Notes: generated by a model not told the origin, from the letters alone. A DNA stretch of 64,000 nt from Convolutriloba macropyga (GCF_964194025.1 NC_134469.1:58838001-58902000); one strand, 5' to 3'; positions 14,401 through 28,462 are shown, counted from the first letter of the stretch. A program made the numbers and translations.

Positions 14401-14645
14401 GAATAACAGATGATTGCGTTCCTAGAACACCAGAGGAAGGCACTGTTTGAAAAGACAAGGACAATGATAGACCGAACCTGGACGAAAAAAAACTTCAATT
14501 CTATATTCTACGCTGGACGGGCTTTCTAATGATACCACTCACAACTCTCTACGATTATTATACCGATCGGCCAAAATTGACTCAACAAGACAACCCATTT
14601 GAGTATATAGTCCCCCCACTAAAGCACTAAAGTGGGTCGGACCAA
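11439..14645 (+). mobile_element. Non-autonomous Helentron-type element (HINE/DINE-1-like), older copy with a duplicated 3' end
   Basis: 5' end AAACAAGGAGGCTCGG + hairpin (atgcgtacgcac) + gtaccgacc sub-TIR; 3' end gagtatatag..cccactaaag..aagtgggtcggac. The interior is homologous to the 32.6-36.1 kb copy (e.g. ggcaacaagtcggc). Confidence 0.8.
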
Positions 14646-14699
14646 TGAGGAACACAAAACGTAATGATAACCGACGAAGCTTTCAATAAGGAATTTTCA

Positions 14700-17600
14700 A
14701 TCAACTGTTATTAAATGTTTTTGTTTAAGAAGCGAGACGTATTTTCATAAATCTAAACAGATTGCAACATCAATCAAACACCAGAAAAAAATTAAGCTGG
14801 TGCAAATATTTTGACTGTTTCATTGAATACTTCAAGAAATAATTGCTATACTTTTACTGAAATCATTCCGAGTAACAATCCTGGCTGTCAACTCCCAAAA
14901 GTAGCAGCCACTTGAGGGAAACAATGAAATAAGTAAGAACATAGCTGGCAGATTGCCAGAAAATAGCCGCAATTGCTTAGTAGATCTGCAGTCCCAAAAA
15001 AAACAGTAAAAAAGACAAACCAAAAAAATTCGTCTTTTCATTGAAGGCTGATTTTGTATAGTTTGATAAAAAATCAGTATACATTTTTGCTGCTTCTATT
15101 AGCTGGTCTCAGATAACCTTCATTTAGAGTGACACACGCCCATTTGACCTTATCTCTTTGAATTAAAGTAAATAAAAGTCAATTTCAAAGTGAGGAAGTC
15201 ATTTTTGAGAGTGAGCTAAGTCAAGTATGACCGAAAATGTAATCACGCGAATGAACAAAAAACTCGCTCCATTAAGAGCGAAAAATGACGTCACACACGC
15301 ACTTTAGTTGAAATTGCATGAACGAATGAACAAAAAGCAGATTTGAAGTGGTGGTGACGTCATTAACTGTGACGTCGTGACAAAAATCGCGACGACGAAA
15401 TAAAAAAAAAACCAAGAGAAGGCCAATAATAGCCCCAGCTATCGCTGTGCGGCTATTAAAAAACTACCTCACTCTAATGGAAGAAGCAACGTTGTTCTAC
15501 GCACTTAAACCTTATTGCAGGACAATTCCAACGCGAAAAGTGAGAAGCTACAAAAATCAAAAACTGGATTACATCATTTAACTATCTAAATTTAATTGAT
15601 TAAAATTTCTCTTCAAAAGTTCAACATACAAACATAGCTCGAAAATTGCCAGAAAACAGCCACAATAGCATTGTAGGTCTGCAGTCTCGACAATATAGCA
15701 AAAAAAAACAGACCAAAAGAAAACTTCTTTCAGCTGTTCTCAAATAAACTTCAATTAGAGTAATACACTCACCTGACCTTTTCTCGTTGAATTACAGTAA
15801 AAAAAGTCAATTTCAGAGTGAGGAAGTCATTTTTGAGAGTGAATAAGTCACAAGTGACCAACACTTAGGCACGTCAGTGAAAAAAAAACCTCGCTCCATT
15901 AAGAGTGAAAGTTAACGCCACGCAATTTGAAGTGATTGTGAGGTCAGAGCATAATAACTCCTGAATTTAAAGTCAGTAAACTCAACCCACTTAGGATTGG
16001 GAAATAAACATTCTCAGAACAACTACTACTCATAAAAGACAAATCATAAACTAATAGAAACATGTAGATAAACAAAAAAAACTTTGTTGTTTTGGAAAAT
16101 TGAATTGTCAAAATTATTAAGCCCAAATTATCATAATCAAAAAACATCACACAATGGGACTTCAGACAGCCAAAATTAACTCTGCAGAAAACCCATAAAA
16201 ACAGGCTAGGCAACCCAATAGATATTTGGAAGAAAGCATTTTTTTTTACTAATGTTTCCTAAATTTAATGGCTTTATAAGTTTACAATTAATATCTGTTT
16301 TCTATCGTTGAAAAGTAATATATATCAAATTATAATAAAAACATTAATGGAACACGCAAGATAATCAATAAAAAATGCAGGCATCAGTCAAAAACTCAAT
16401 AAAAAAACTCTGAAACGAAATCTTTTGGCTAATCTGAGAGACCTGTCGAGTAATAGAATACAAAAATATGTTGAAAAACGGGCAAAAATAAAAGAAGTGA
16501 AACTGCTGAGCGTTTCACTTAGAATATCTTTCTGCATGCAGCGATCAACCGTTATTTCATCAAAACGTTCAACACTTATTTCATCAACAGTGGTCTAAAT
16601 TGGTCCTTATGAAGCAAAAAATAATTTAAGAAATAATAACAATAGTTTTACTGATGTTTGGAATGGTTTCATTCCGAGTAAAAACTCTGAGTGTCCACTC
16701 TGAACACAAGCTACCATTCGAGTACAAAAGTATTGCAAAAACAAATTCAAGGGATTATACCTAAATGTTTCTTAACTCGTTGTTTTTGACACTTAAGAAT
16801 GTCAAACAGTTAATAGGGAAGTGAAGAGCTACGAAGTTGATCACAGAAATTAATGATCACCTCAATTCACAATCTAAAATTAGACAATCAAAACTTCTAT
16901 TTAAAAGTTCCACATTCAAAAAAGATACAGGACTGCTACTGTTTCAACCGATATTTGCTTCAGTAAAGTTCGACAGGGTGTCAAAGACCCCGAATTAAAA
17001 TATATTGCCAGTAGGGGCCAAAAATAGTTGCGGTTATTTCATAGACAAACAGTTTAATAACGTCAATGACGAAAGCAACACCTTAATGATAATAGGAAAA
17101 ACTTTTAATTAAAACAGTACGTCTGGCTTGTTGTAATCAAAAATTGTTTCCAAACGATTCCCACAAAATAAATTTCAGTTAGTGCAAGTATTCCACCAGT
17201 ACACACACGCACATGAACTAATACTGCAAAAGTAAAACAATTGCGGTTGCTTCAGAGAAATTGTTTAATAATGTTGATGAAAAATGCAATAACTAATGAA
17301 ATGTCGTGGCTGGTTCTAAGCAAAGAAAAGTAAATAGAAAATCTTTCCTCAAACTTTTTTCAGTTATTCTGAGTTTTCAGAGTGAAAATGAACACCTCTT
17401 ACTAAATTCGGTTAATTAAAATTGATACTGAAGAAAATAATGAGTGACCAATAATCTATTTGCGCAAAAAGTAAAACCAATAGCATAAAAAGTCCTGAAT
17501 TACCATTCAATAAATTGAATAAACTAAAGACAATAATATCAATGTTTTTCTCATTTAATAGAAAACGTAAACCAACACATATACGAAGATAAATAAGGAG

Positions 17601-20600
17601 TACACGTCTGAAAACCCTTCATTTGTTCATAGAAAAAGTTTTGTGAGTTACTGGGTCCAAAAAACATCAAGACAATCACATTCTGGGACTTTAGATAGCA
17701 TTAAATAATTTTGTAGAAAAACCCAGAATAAAGGACAATAAAGATATTTCGCAGAGGTCGATTGTTACTAAGGTCTTTGACAGTACTGGGTGTTGCAGTC
17801 ACTGAAATATGCAACAAATTTACAACAACTATCTAACGTCAGAAAGCATATACAAATTTTATTTTAAAAAAACAGCAGGAACAGTCCTGAATTAAAATTC
17901 AAAGAATTGACAAAACTGAAGTCAACAAAATCAGCCTCCGATTATAATTAAACAAACCAATTATCAAAACGTCCACAAAAGTAAACAAAACATTGAGAAC
18001 TCAAAAATATTTCATTTCCATTAGAAAAGTGTTATCAGGTTTTTTATTCCTAAAAACGTCTTTCTGCAACACACTGCAGCTTTGAAGTTAAAAAACTAGA
18101 AGAGCTCAATCATTCCAAAATATAAAGCCAATGATATCCATCACTAATGCGGCTAAGTGACAGAACGAAAAACAATACGACAAACAAATAAAAAAACATA
18201 GCAGGACAAGTCCTGAAATACAATCCAAAGAATTGAATAAAAAAATTAAAAGTACTCTACCTGAGCAGCAGATTAACTGAACAATGCCAACCAAAACACA
18301 GACAAAATCATCAAAAAAATTGAGAAACTAAATTAATCAAACAAACTAAACAAAAATATACTCATTGCTAAAACTCTTAAGCTTTTACCCCAAAAGCAAA
18401 ATTTGATCCCTTTAAATATACCTATTTCAAAAATATGTTTAAAACCTATTTTTGTTTCTGCGATCGGTCCAGTATTATATCTGCAAGACCCGAAAAAATT
18501 CATTGGCCCTTGAAGATCGAATAACTTGACAATGACCGAAAATTTTAAAAAAAAATTGAAATCAATTGCAAATTTTAATGAAATGGTGCTAAAAATCGTG
18601 ATATTAATATCTTCAGAATCATTTCTGTGTCTCTAGAGGCTATTCAGTAACCCAATTCCAATCCTTACGAAATTCATTGGCTCAAAGATCGATAGGCAAT
18701 AGTTTTTAGAAAAAATTTCAAATTTCAAACAATAGAAATTCATTCTATTAAAATGTTGAAAGCCATTCAATTACCACGTGCAAGTAATTAATAACATGCT
18801 ATCAAACCCTGGATGAGGTTACCTGGTTACTGATAGAAGAAAAATGAACTAAAGACAAATGTTTTGAAAAAACTGGAAAATAGCAAATTTTATCAAAAAA
18901 ATTCTAAAATTCGAAGGGCCAAATTTTTGAAAAAAAAATCCATTGAAACTAACAACTATGCAGCAACTTTTTATCAGACCTTGGAATAGGTTTTCTGGCA
19001 CTTGAGAATGGTCAAATATCAAAAATTGACAAAAACTTTAGGAAACCTTAAAAAAATTGAAGATTTTCAAAAGAAATGCTAAAGTTCGAAACATTAAAAT
19101 GTTGAAAACCAATTCATTGTTAGAAACAATCCATAGAAACTAAACAGTGCCCTATTGTCAAACCGTAAAGGAGATTCCCAGGCCCTTGAAGCTGGAAAAA
19201 CTCAAAAATTGACAAAAATTTTCAAAAAACTTGAAAAAAATTGCACCAATTATTATCATTTTGCGTGTTTTTGTTAGTGGTACCAAAACACATAGCTCAT
19301 AAAATTGTCATAACGCGTAATTTTGTTTTGCAAAAGGCTTGCATCATTTTTTAAAAACTTCAACCTAAGACTAATCAAACAAAAAGTCAAAAAATTACGA
19401 AAAAACATGAAAAATTGCAACTTTTTGAGCCCAAAATCTCCTAAAAATGACCTTTCAACCTTGAATTAAGGCCATCCCAGCAGCTGCACCACTCTCAGAA
19501 CTTGAAGGACTACTAAAACCCACTTTGGGCCTCTAATGAAAGTTAATGCCCGCTGGGCTTTACCTGTTTATCCCGTTTTGAAAGATCAAAGTCATTGAAA
19601 AAATGTGTGAACACATCTTAAAAAAAAACACAGCGCCCCAATACAATTCAAATTCTTTGAATTGCAAAAACCATGTTAACTCATAAGAGAGCCCTAAGAG
19701 TTTTCCATGATGAGACAAACTGACATAAAAAATCGAAAAGATGGAAAAAGATAAAAAAAAACTCTAAAATTCTTTCGAAAACCGTTGGTGTCAATGTCAA
19801 TAAAACCATATATTTTGCTTTAAATCAGTTAATTAATTTAAACATTCCTCAATAGAGCCATTGAGACCTATTATTGATGAGAATAAATATAAACAAAAAG
19901 AACCAAAAAAGGGCAAATTAAAAATCATATTTCACAAAGACAGAGTCAAAGTCTTTGAAAACCATTACCTGCCTATTGGTGGGTTGAAACGAGTGCACCT
20001 GCGCATTTATAGAACAAGCGTAATGCCTTAAAGTATTTGCACAGAAAATTTTTTTTAAAAAAACGCAAAATCAAGTCACATTGCCGCACGTGAAATAAAT
20101 TTCGCTCAACAATCGAAAATTGTCATTTTAACACCATACTCTCACTCCACTTTAAAAAGCACGCTGAAAAACTTACGCCTAATTTACTACTTAATTTTCG
20201 CTCTTTTTTACTCCAGATGAACTAAAACCACTCTTCAAATTTGACTTCTTTAGAGAAGAGGTAAAACTGTGAATTAGAGTTTTATAAAAAACGGTTTCTT
20301 CGGAACAACTGATGGAAATTGTTCAAAAGCCAATTTTGGTTTGCTCTACGAAGCAGAGCAACTGTTTCAACCCAGAAATTTGCCCCAAAAAAGGTTGACA
20401 GAAATTGAAAATCAACAGAAATATAAAAATTGGCGGATAATAGGTTGCCAAAAATAGCTGATTCATAGAAAAAGCTTTTAAAATGCCAAAAAAGTCTAAT
20501 AAAAAAGGAAATGCTTTTATATAAATTGAAATGGTCCGGCATGTAATAAAAAAAGGTTTCCGATAATTCCCGCAAAAAACTTTAAATTTTCGTTTTCGAC

Positions 20601-21100
20601 ATTAAAAAAAACACCTTTCATAAAAGCCAACAAAATTCATATTGTGACCAGAAAATCATGCGCGACCAAAAAACCTATGCGCGCGAATGAGAAAAACATA
20701 GCATGACAACTGCTTAATTTAAATTCAATAACTGAATTAACTTAAAATTGGAAAATCAACAGTCCTAGAAAATCACTTCATCATAATTAGGAAAATCGTA
20801 AATCAATACAAACCGGCAGATAACTGTTACAAAAAATAAAGAACTTCTTTTTGGAACAATACGGTTATCAATGTTATTAAGTCCGAAAGCAACATAGAGC
20901 AAAAAGTAAAACCAGTAGAAAACTCAGAATAAACAGACGGCACAATAGAGATTTTGCAAAAATCAATTTTTAATGATCGCTTCTTAAGTTAATGGCGTTA
21001 AATTATACATTTAATATATGTCTTCTATCGTTAGAACGCATATATGAAATTTTAACGAGCCCCAAAGTTGACATCGAAGTAGTTGACTATGATTTTTTTT
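14700..21100. repeat. Mosaic of decayed AT-rich interspersed-repeat fragments
   Basis: Recurrent shared blocks (15110-15290 vs 15735-15920; 11150-11215 vs 15570-15630 vs 16855-16920; 16170-16330 vs 20920-21050). No credible ORF. Confidence 0.7.
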
Positions 21101-22102
21101 CTGGTAAAAAAAATTATTAATTTTGATTATCCGTTACGACTTTCTCTTCCAAAAGCTCTTCCAAAAATATATATTTTGATTTTGACAAAAAATAGTTTAG
21201 CCTAATGATATACGATCGCAACATACCACTTCAACGCCTTACGTGTAGTCAATACTAAAACTTTCACTTGTTTATTCTTTAGAAAAAGTAATCAAGAGGA
21301 CTCGTGCAATAATGTGCGTACCAAAGAGTGCAAGAATGTGCGTAGCAAAGAGTGCATTAAAAGAAAATCAAAAATTTTTTCAAAATTAAAGATACCAATC
21401 GAAGTATGAAGTTCAATTTGTTTCCCAATTTTTCTAATCTAAACAGTTACGTTAAGGTAGATCAATGAACTCAGATTTGTGTGTACTGTTTAATTCTCAT
21501 TTCATTGCTCAATCAATTTTGGATTCATTGGAGAAATTTGAAAAGTTGAATAGAAATCAGTCACGAAAGTAGCCATGCTGAAAATATAACATTTTCGTCC
21601 TTTTTGTAAACTCCTATTACGGATGTTGTCACAAAACTCCCACATATGAAAAATGAGCAAACAATCAATTGCAGGCCTTTATTAAATGGGGGACACAGAT
21701 ATGGCTAAAGTTTAAAATAAAAAAACAAAAAAAAAACAAAAAAAAAGATTTACTTGACTAAAAACGTGACTGTGATGACATTGAAAGGTGAAGACATTGT
21801 AAGAATTCCTATTAAAATTTTCGTTAAATTGAGCTGCTAATCAAGATAGGATCAACTACACAGATCAAGACTCGAAGTCTAGAAACTTCAAAAAAAACAA
21901 TTTTCCGTTCTTTCATCAGGTAATTATTTATCTCCTATTATAGTTTTGAATGACCCTTAGAGAACCAATTGATTAATTTTATTGTCCATGTAAATCCCCG
22001 AAAAAGAAAAGCAGGTTTACAAGTTATAATCCGAATTTGCGCAGTTAATTAGAACAAAACCATCATTTACTACTTCACCAAAAAAATTCTGATTGGTTTT
22101 TA

Positions 22103-25100
22103 TTGTTCCGACCCCACTTGGGAGGAGGAACTATATACTCAAATGGGTTTTTTTTTGTTCAGGCAATTTTGGCCGATCGAAATATTCATCATAGAGAATT
22201 GTGAGTGGCATCATTAAAAAGCTCGTCCAGCGTAGAATTCGAAATTAAGTTTTTTTTGAATTTCCTTTTTTTCAGTTATCGAGGATTGAAGTTTTGTGTG
22301 AACATGTGATATTTTTTTCACTTTTAATGTAATTCATGTGTAATTTAGTGTAATTCTTCAAATTGAGATGATTTTTATATCAAATTTTGATTCAAAATTA
22401 CATTTCAGGCCACAAAAAGAATCAATATTGAGTTCCTAATAGACGAAAGGCGATAAAAAAGACTAGTTCTGGTCTCATAGGGAAGTTTACTATCAAAAAA
22501 AATTATCGAATTCTATTTGAGCTATTTTTTTTATAAAAACACAATCATTTTTTTCTATGTTATGTTATGTCACATAGAGACTAGTCACTTTTCATCCCCA
22601 GGTTCCGTTAATAATAAACCTCGTTTTCAAAGAATCGCTCGTATTTTTTTTGGATACGACTCTTGAATTTTAAATAAAATTTTGGTTTTTTTGAGGTTTT
22701 ACTAATTTTTGGAGTCCTATGGCATAAATTCGTTGCCTAAAAAAGCAATAGGTTTCATGATGAGCATTAAGAGAACCAATCTAGAGCTTTGAGTGGACAG
22801 CTAATGGCTGTTAAGACTATAAAAATGGTTTTTCGAGAAATTTTTTTAACATTAACTAATCATAAACTATTTTCGTGAATTGTAGGTCAACTTCAAAAAT
22901 TACTTCAAGAATTGTAGGTCAACTTGTAGGTCAACTTCAATTAGAATTGTAGGGACCCCCTTACTTTCTATTGCAACCAAAATTAATCTGGTTAGTGGTT
23001 TTATCTTCTTATCATTTGTTATGACTTCAATGATACAAAAATTCGAAATTTAAAAATTGGATTTTTTCGCTTTGTTGGTCCCTCTTGCAATCTTATCACA
23101 ATCTCCTGATATTAATATCACCCATTGGCTTAGAGAATGTTTTCAATGGATCTTGGACAAAGTTTTCAGAGAACAGCTTATGGTTTAAATTGCTTCGACA
23201 CTTTCTTCACGCACTTTCCCACTGAAATTTTTCTTTTTGCCTGTATTTGTTGTTGTTTCCATAGTCATAAGACTTATTGTGATGTCTTATCGGTTACCTA
23301 TGCATGAAAAATATCCTTTTTGTCCAATCGAAGGACAACTGAGCGTATTTATTTGCTTCCGTTGAAAGCTATTGGATTAAATGGCTGTAAAAAAAAATTA
23401 AAAGACTTTAAAAGTGATTTTCCGAGAAATTTTTAATATTAAACAATCTTAACCCTTAGTTCGTGAACTGTAAATCAGTCTCAGTAATGACCGGACCTTT
23501 TTTTACTAATTCAACCAAAATTAATCTAGTTAGCGGTTTTATGTTCTAACTAATGGTGTTATGACTTCGATGCACGAGTTTTCATAACTTTTTTAAAAAA
23601 CTTTTGGATCCCTTTCTTAATTCTGGTTCCTTTTTGAACCATAACACATTATCCTAATATTGATAGTTTCACGGGCTTAGAGATGACGAAGTTCAATGGA
23701 TCATACAAAAAAGTTTTTAGAGGAAAGCTTATGGTTTAAAGGGCTTCGACACCTCGCGCATTTTTCTACCAATTTTTTGGATTTTGCCTGTCAATGAGTT
23801 TTTGTAATGTCTTATTGTTGAGTTACGAATTCCAAACATCCCATCTTTTCGTTGTCTCACCGAATCATAACTTAGCGTATCTATTAGCTCCCGTTGAAGG
23901 CTATTGAATTTAATGGCGTTGTTACTACGGTTTTTCTCAAAAAAAGTCAATGTTTTAATGTGTTTGTTCATGTCTGTTGATTTATTGCAAAATTGTTAAA
24001 ACGAAGAATCCCATTGCTGTTAGAAATTAATTGAAATTGGGAATTGGAAAAATTTTAACTGAAAAGATCAATTTTTAATGGCTCTGACATTTTCCTCGCT
24101 CAATTTTTTTGAATTTGCTGTGTTAGCCTGTTTTTTATACTTTAGGTAGCCGTAAAAAGCTGACCGGTCTCATAAGCTGGTAAGTGAGGATTGATTGAAT
24201 AATGTTACCCGAAGAAGACTGTTTATAGCGATTAGTCTTCAAGTTTATAATATCCATTTTTGACATTTTAAGGAATTTTCAATTTTTTCAGTTTTTGTTG
24301 TTGTTTCATTAACTTGTAACGTGTTCTCATTATTGAGAGTTCCCATGTATTTTTAAAAACAACAGGTTTACTGATATTATGACGTATTTAAGGTTTTGTT
24401 TGTTGGAGCATGTGTCTTCATAAAAATTTTATGTGAGTGGTGTATTTGTGTTTCTTTTTCTCTTCCTTTAGCACAATCCCGTAATAACAGATCCCAATCA
24501 TTTTCAAATGGGGCCAAATTGAACTTATTTATGCATTCATAACATGTTTAGCTGAATTAGTATAAATGGAAATTGAAATAAAAATACAAAATATTCAGAT
24601 AAAAGCTAATGATTTTAACGGCTTCACTAATTTGTGTTTTCGCAATGTTTGTAATTTTTCTGCATCTATAGTCGGTTCCCATGGCTTAGTCTAACCAAAG
24701 ACAGGTCCTATTGGTTTCATTATGACTCTTTAGTAAATTTATGGAGAATTTGTTGAAAGCTATTGGTTTTTGTGACCCAAAATTATTCGGTTCAAAAAAT
24801 GTGGATTGCTTTTTGAATTTCGCTTAATTTTTTTTTGTAGAATTGTTTCCTAGTCTCATTAAGAAAAAATCCCATCTGCTGTGTAGTTAGGAAAAATTAA
24901 ATTCGTGTAGTTAGGATTTTGTCTAATTGTAATGTGACGTTGTTACTAGGTGCTTTTAAAATTAGTTATTGAATTTTTGACGTGAAACTTTTGTTTTTGC
25001 TTTTTTTTAGTTGTTTTTTTTCTCGTAGTCTTTTCAATGTTCGGTTTATTATTCGGTTTAAAAAAGGTGGATTGCTTTTTGAATTTCGCTTAATTTTTTT

Positions 25101-25139
25101 TTGTAGAATTGTTTCCTAGTCTCATTAAGAAAAAAATCC
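22103..25139 (-). mobile_element. HINE copy on the minus strand; the 5' part is lost in the assembly gap
   Basis: 3' terminus gttccgaccccacttgggaggaggaactatatactcaa at 22105. The interior aligns with 46570-48700 (e.g. gttcctaaYagac..aaggc..taaaaagacta..ggtctca..gggaa). Confidence 0.82.
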
Positions 25140-25339
25140 NNNNNNNNNNNNNNNNNNNNNNNNNNNNNNNNNNNNNNNNNNNNNNNNNNNNNNNNNNNNN
25201 NNNNNNNNNNNNNNNNNNNNNNNNNNNNNNNNNNNNNNNNNNNNNNNNNNNNNNNNNNNNNNNNNNNNNNNNNNNNNNNNNNNNNNNNNNNNNNNNNNNN
25301 NNNNNNNNNNNNNNNNNNNNNNNNNNNNNNNNNNNNNNN
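25140..25339. other. Assembly gap (200 N)
   Basis: Run of N. Confidence 1.
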
Positions 25340-26927
25340 AAAACTTCATCTCAGGTCAATTATTTCGATCAGCCAAACCAAATAAGCTGCTGTTCTCAAA
25401 GACCAGAGAATTTCAATGGATTTTGCAGCAACAACTGCAAAAAATTAGTTCAAAATCAAATAATTACAATACACCGACGTCAACTTATAATGTTCAATTT
25501 ACGGGAGCCAATTATAAAATACACTGTGCAATGAGTTATTAAAACAATACTCACATTTATCTCGTTTAAACAAATATAAGATCAATTTATAAAAATTTAA
25601 ACAAATCTCATCAACTGCTGCACAGCTTGTTCACATAAATAAATGCGTAATTTGATCAAAAAATTCGACGTCGGATAAATTATGTAGACTGAACTAGTTG
25701 GACCTGTTCGATCATTCCAAAAATAGAAACTTGCGTCAACAACTATCTGATGCAATGAGCAGTCCTTACTACATAGTTTTGACAATATGAACAATTTCAA
25801 CCTGAATTATCAACAAGAATCCGATCCGTTTGATTGCAGTACCTTATTAGGGCAGCCTTTAACATTATATTATAAAGCGTGACATTGCGGTCTGAAACTG
25901 CTTTCAGAATTATACTGCTAAGTTCAACCACTTTTCGCCGCTGATGTAATGCAACAAAATTATGTGGCGCCGCAAGTTATGCAACTGTTCTAATAGCAAG
26001 CAACAGTAATTGATTAAAATCAATCACAACACGGTTTTATTGACCTCTCGAGGTTATAAAACACCTAGACTCCCAAAAAATAATTTCTCGTTGGCGAAAA
26101 CAACTCTGCGGTAATCTACATGAACCAACAAACCGAAGAAAACTGAAAGACGGAATGTATATTCCACAATCAAAATAAGCATCATGAAATGACTTAGTTA
26201 ACAATTTAGAAATCCCATAAAGCTCAAGAGACTCGGGGGACAAGGACAACAGACACTAATAAGTCGGAATGCAACCATTTAAAGGACTACACTTAAAATA
26301 ATTATAAATAATAGAACAGCCAAGCAAATTTCAACATGAATGCATTGATCAATTGACAAATTAGTGATAAGTAAATGAGGGTTAGAAAACGAAATAAGGA
26401 AGCTCCTTCCCCAACTAACTTGACCTAAAATCCACAACTCTTTTGACTGCATAGATTTTTTCCGTTAACTTCAATTCCACTGCTAAGGTAGGATTCGCGT
26501 CATGAAAAATTAAAATTCGTCATTGTAAAACGTGATGAGCAGAATTGAAAATTTTACCAATTTCATGTAAAATACATTTGTTGGACTCGAAACACCCATC
26601 CGGAGCAATTTTTGACGTCAATTTTTATTCCAATTAGACTTCATCAATATTGAAGTCTCCGCGTGTGAGGCACAATGAAAAAATTGTTTGGATCAAAAAC
26701 AGCAACCCCAAAAATTTGAATATACCAGTAACAAAAGACCTACCCAAACAATTGTAGAAAATTTGTTTGAGAGCACTTAAACTTTAAACTTTTGGTCCAT
26801 TAACATCTATTTAACACAAAATCATCAATTCATTTGAGGCGGCATAACCCACTCAAATCTTGATCTAGACGCGTTCATTATTTTGAAATTTATACCAAAT
26901 AAGGAAAAAACTCATAAGCTTGTTTTT

Positions 26928-27680
26928 TCATCCTAGCATATCTCTCTTTCTGCCACGTGCTCTAACTTCGTCCAATTTAGTTTTTGTTGAACCACCAAAT
27001 TTGGACACTGCAACATAGCTTTCCAAAAACGATTGAAAAAATGACGTCATGTTTGCGTGCGTTGTGAGAATTGCACGTTCTAGAACATACAAATCAACAG
27101 CTTTATCTTCGCTCGAATCCGATCCAGAGGACAGGCCAAAATCAATCGGTACAATCGAGAACTTCTCTGAATGATTTTCTCCGTTCATTACAACTTCAGC
27201 TTCAGGCAATGGTAAGTTTTCAGCAATTTGTTTGACTAAAAGGTTAGAGGTTGTCAAGTCACCGTGAATTACACCTGCATCGTGCATTTTGGCAATTAGT
27301 CTGGCGACATGTAACGATAGCACTTTCAGATCGGAATCCTGGTAAGCTTGCAATTCTAAAAAACAACGCAAACTCTGATAATCATTCAGATATTCCATGA
27401 GAATGACGCGTTCATGCAAGTCAGTCAAGTATACAATAGGCACTTTGATTCCTAGACGTTGACACTTCAGCAGAGTCCTTCCTTCCTGAGTGATACGCTT
27501 CGTTGTCAATTTCTTGTCCAGCTCAGCGTGACGGTATTGTTTCAACAGACGCTTCTTAAGTAAAAACTGACCGTTCGGCAATATGTTGTTGGGGTCTTTC
27601 AGAATGTAAAGACAGGCCTCCGCACCTTGAAAGAGAAGCGAATGCTCGCAATTTTTCAGGAATGGACAATCATCAACCAT
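26928..27680 (-). CDS. TP53RK: TP53-regulating kinase / Bud32 (KEOPS complex), intronless, 250 aa
   Basis: Motifs LLFQGAEA, KQYRHAELDKKLTTKRITQEGR, VIHGDLTTSN, IDFGLS, EDKAVDLYVLERA and the C-terminal RARGRKRDMLG. Confidence 0.97.
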   Translation of the reverse strand: MVDDCPFLKNCEHSLLFQGAEACLYILKDPNNILPNGQFLLKKRLLKQYRHAELDKKLTTKRITQEGRTLLKCQRLGIKVPIVYLTDLHERVILMEYLNDYQSLRCFLELQAYQDSDLKVLSLHVARLIAKMHDAGVIHGDLTTSNLLVKQIAENLPLPEAEVVMNGENHSEKFSIVPIDFGLSSGSDSSEDKAVDLYVLERAILTTHANMTSFFQSFLESYVAVSKFGGSTKTKLDEVRARGRKRDMLG

Positions 27681-27687
27681 TGCTTAT

Positions 27688-27697
27688 CTGAAAGAAT
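27688..27697 (-). promoter_or_regulatory. Unpaired 3' splice acceptor (TTCTTTCAG) 7 nt upstream of the TP53RK ATG; candidate trans-splice site
   Basis: Minus strand cgattctttcag|ataagcaATG; no strong donor in the 165-nt spacer from NDUFA2. Confidence 0.6.
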
Positions 27698-27845
27698 CGA
27701 GTTGCAGCGAGCATTTTCATTACAGGTTTCAAAAAATAAATGCCATTGCTCAACACTAAGATACTACGCTCAGTTCTAGGATACTGTGATCAGTTATTTA
27801 ACAATTCAATACAAGAGCAATTTTAATTTCCGAAAAAAAGTTTTG

Positions 27846-28462
27846 TTATATTTTTTTGGCTAAGTTTTGGATGCTGCTGAGAACTTGATTCGAATTCATA
27901 TCTGTGAGCTCCACTGACCTCTCAACACCCAAATCTAAAACAGCAACATCATCCTTTGGAGAATGGGAGAAGGAGTCTGTCAGAGACAATGGGAAATCAA
28001 ATTATGAACAAAGCCCTTCCTTTGCTTATTTAATGTTAATGGTTTTCAGCATAGTTCCACTTGAAAAGTATTCTTTTCAGGCGCCATCAACAAAGAATCA
28101 AGAGGTTAAATTTCGCACAAACAACCAACAACAATTACAACCCTGATTCAAAATAGCTTTGTTCTCCCTCTACTTTCAGAACGGCTCCCGGGGATTCGAA
28201 AGTTCAATCAGTAACTAGTATTTAACAGGACTAAAAATCCAGCTACCAACTCACTGTATCGAGCATAAACTCTGGGCACGACCCCACTGCACTCTCTGAC
28301 CATGATTGGCATGTGGGGGTTGGCTACTTTGAGAGGAACGTAATGCTGTTCAATGAAGTTTCTCACTCCGGCACTCGAGGAGCTCGTTTGGCACAGGTGC
28401 AGCCGGAACTCCTTCACATTGTTACCCAGACTACGAGCTGCCTGTTTCACTGCTCCGCTCAT
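27846..28462 (-). CDS. NDUFA2: NADH:ubiquinone oxidoreductase subunit A2 (B8), 2 exons (28462-28255, 27934-27846), 98 aa
   Basis: MSGAVKQAARSLGNNVKEFRLHLCQTSSSSAGVRNFIEQHYVPLKVANPHMPIMVRECSGVVPRVYARY/NLGVERSVELTDMNSNQVLSSIQNLAKKI*. Intron gtgagt..gttttag; 208+89 = 297 nt. Confidence 0.95.

Noticed and set aside
25109-25534. ORFs spanning the N run
   Set aside because: Artefacts of the assembly gap.
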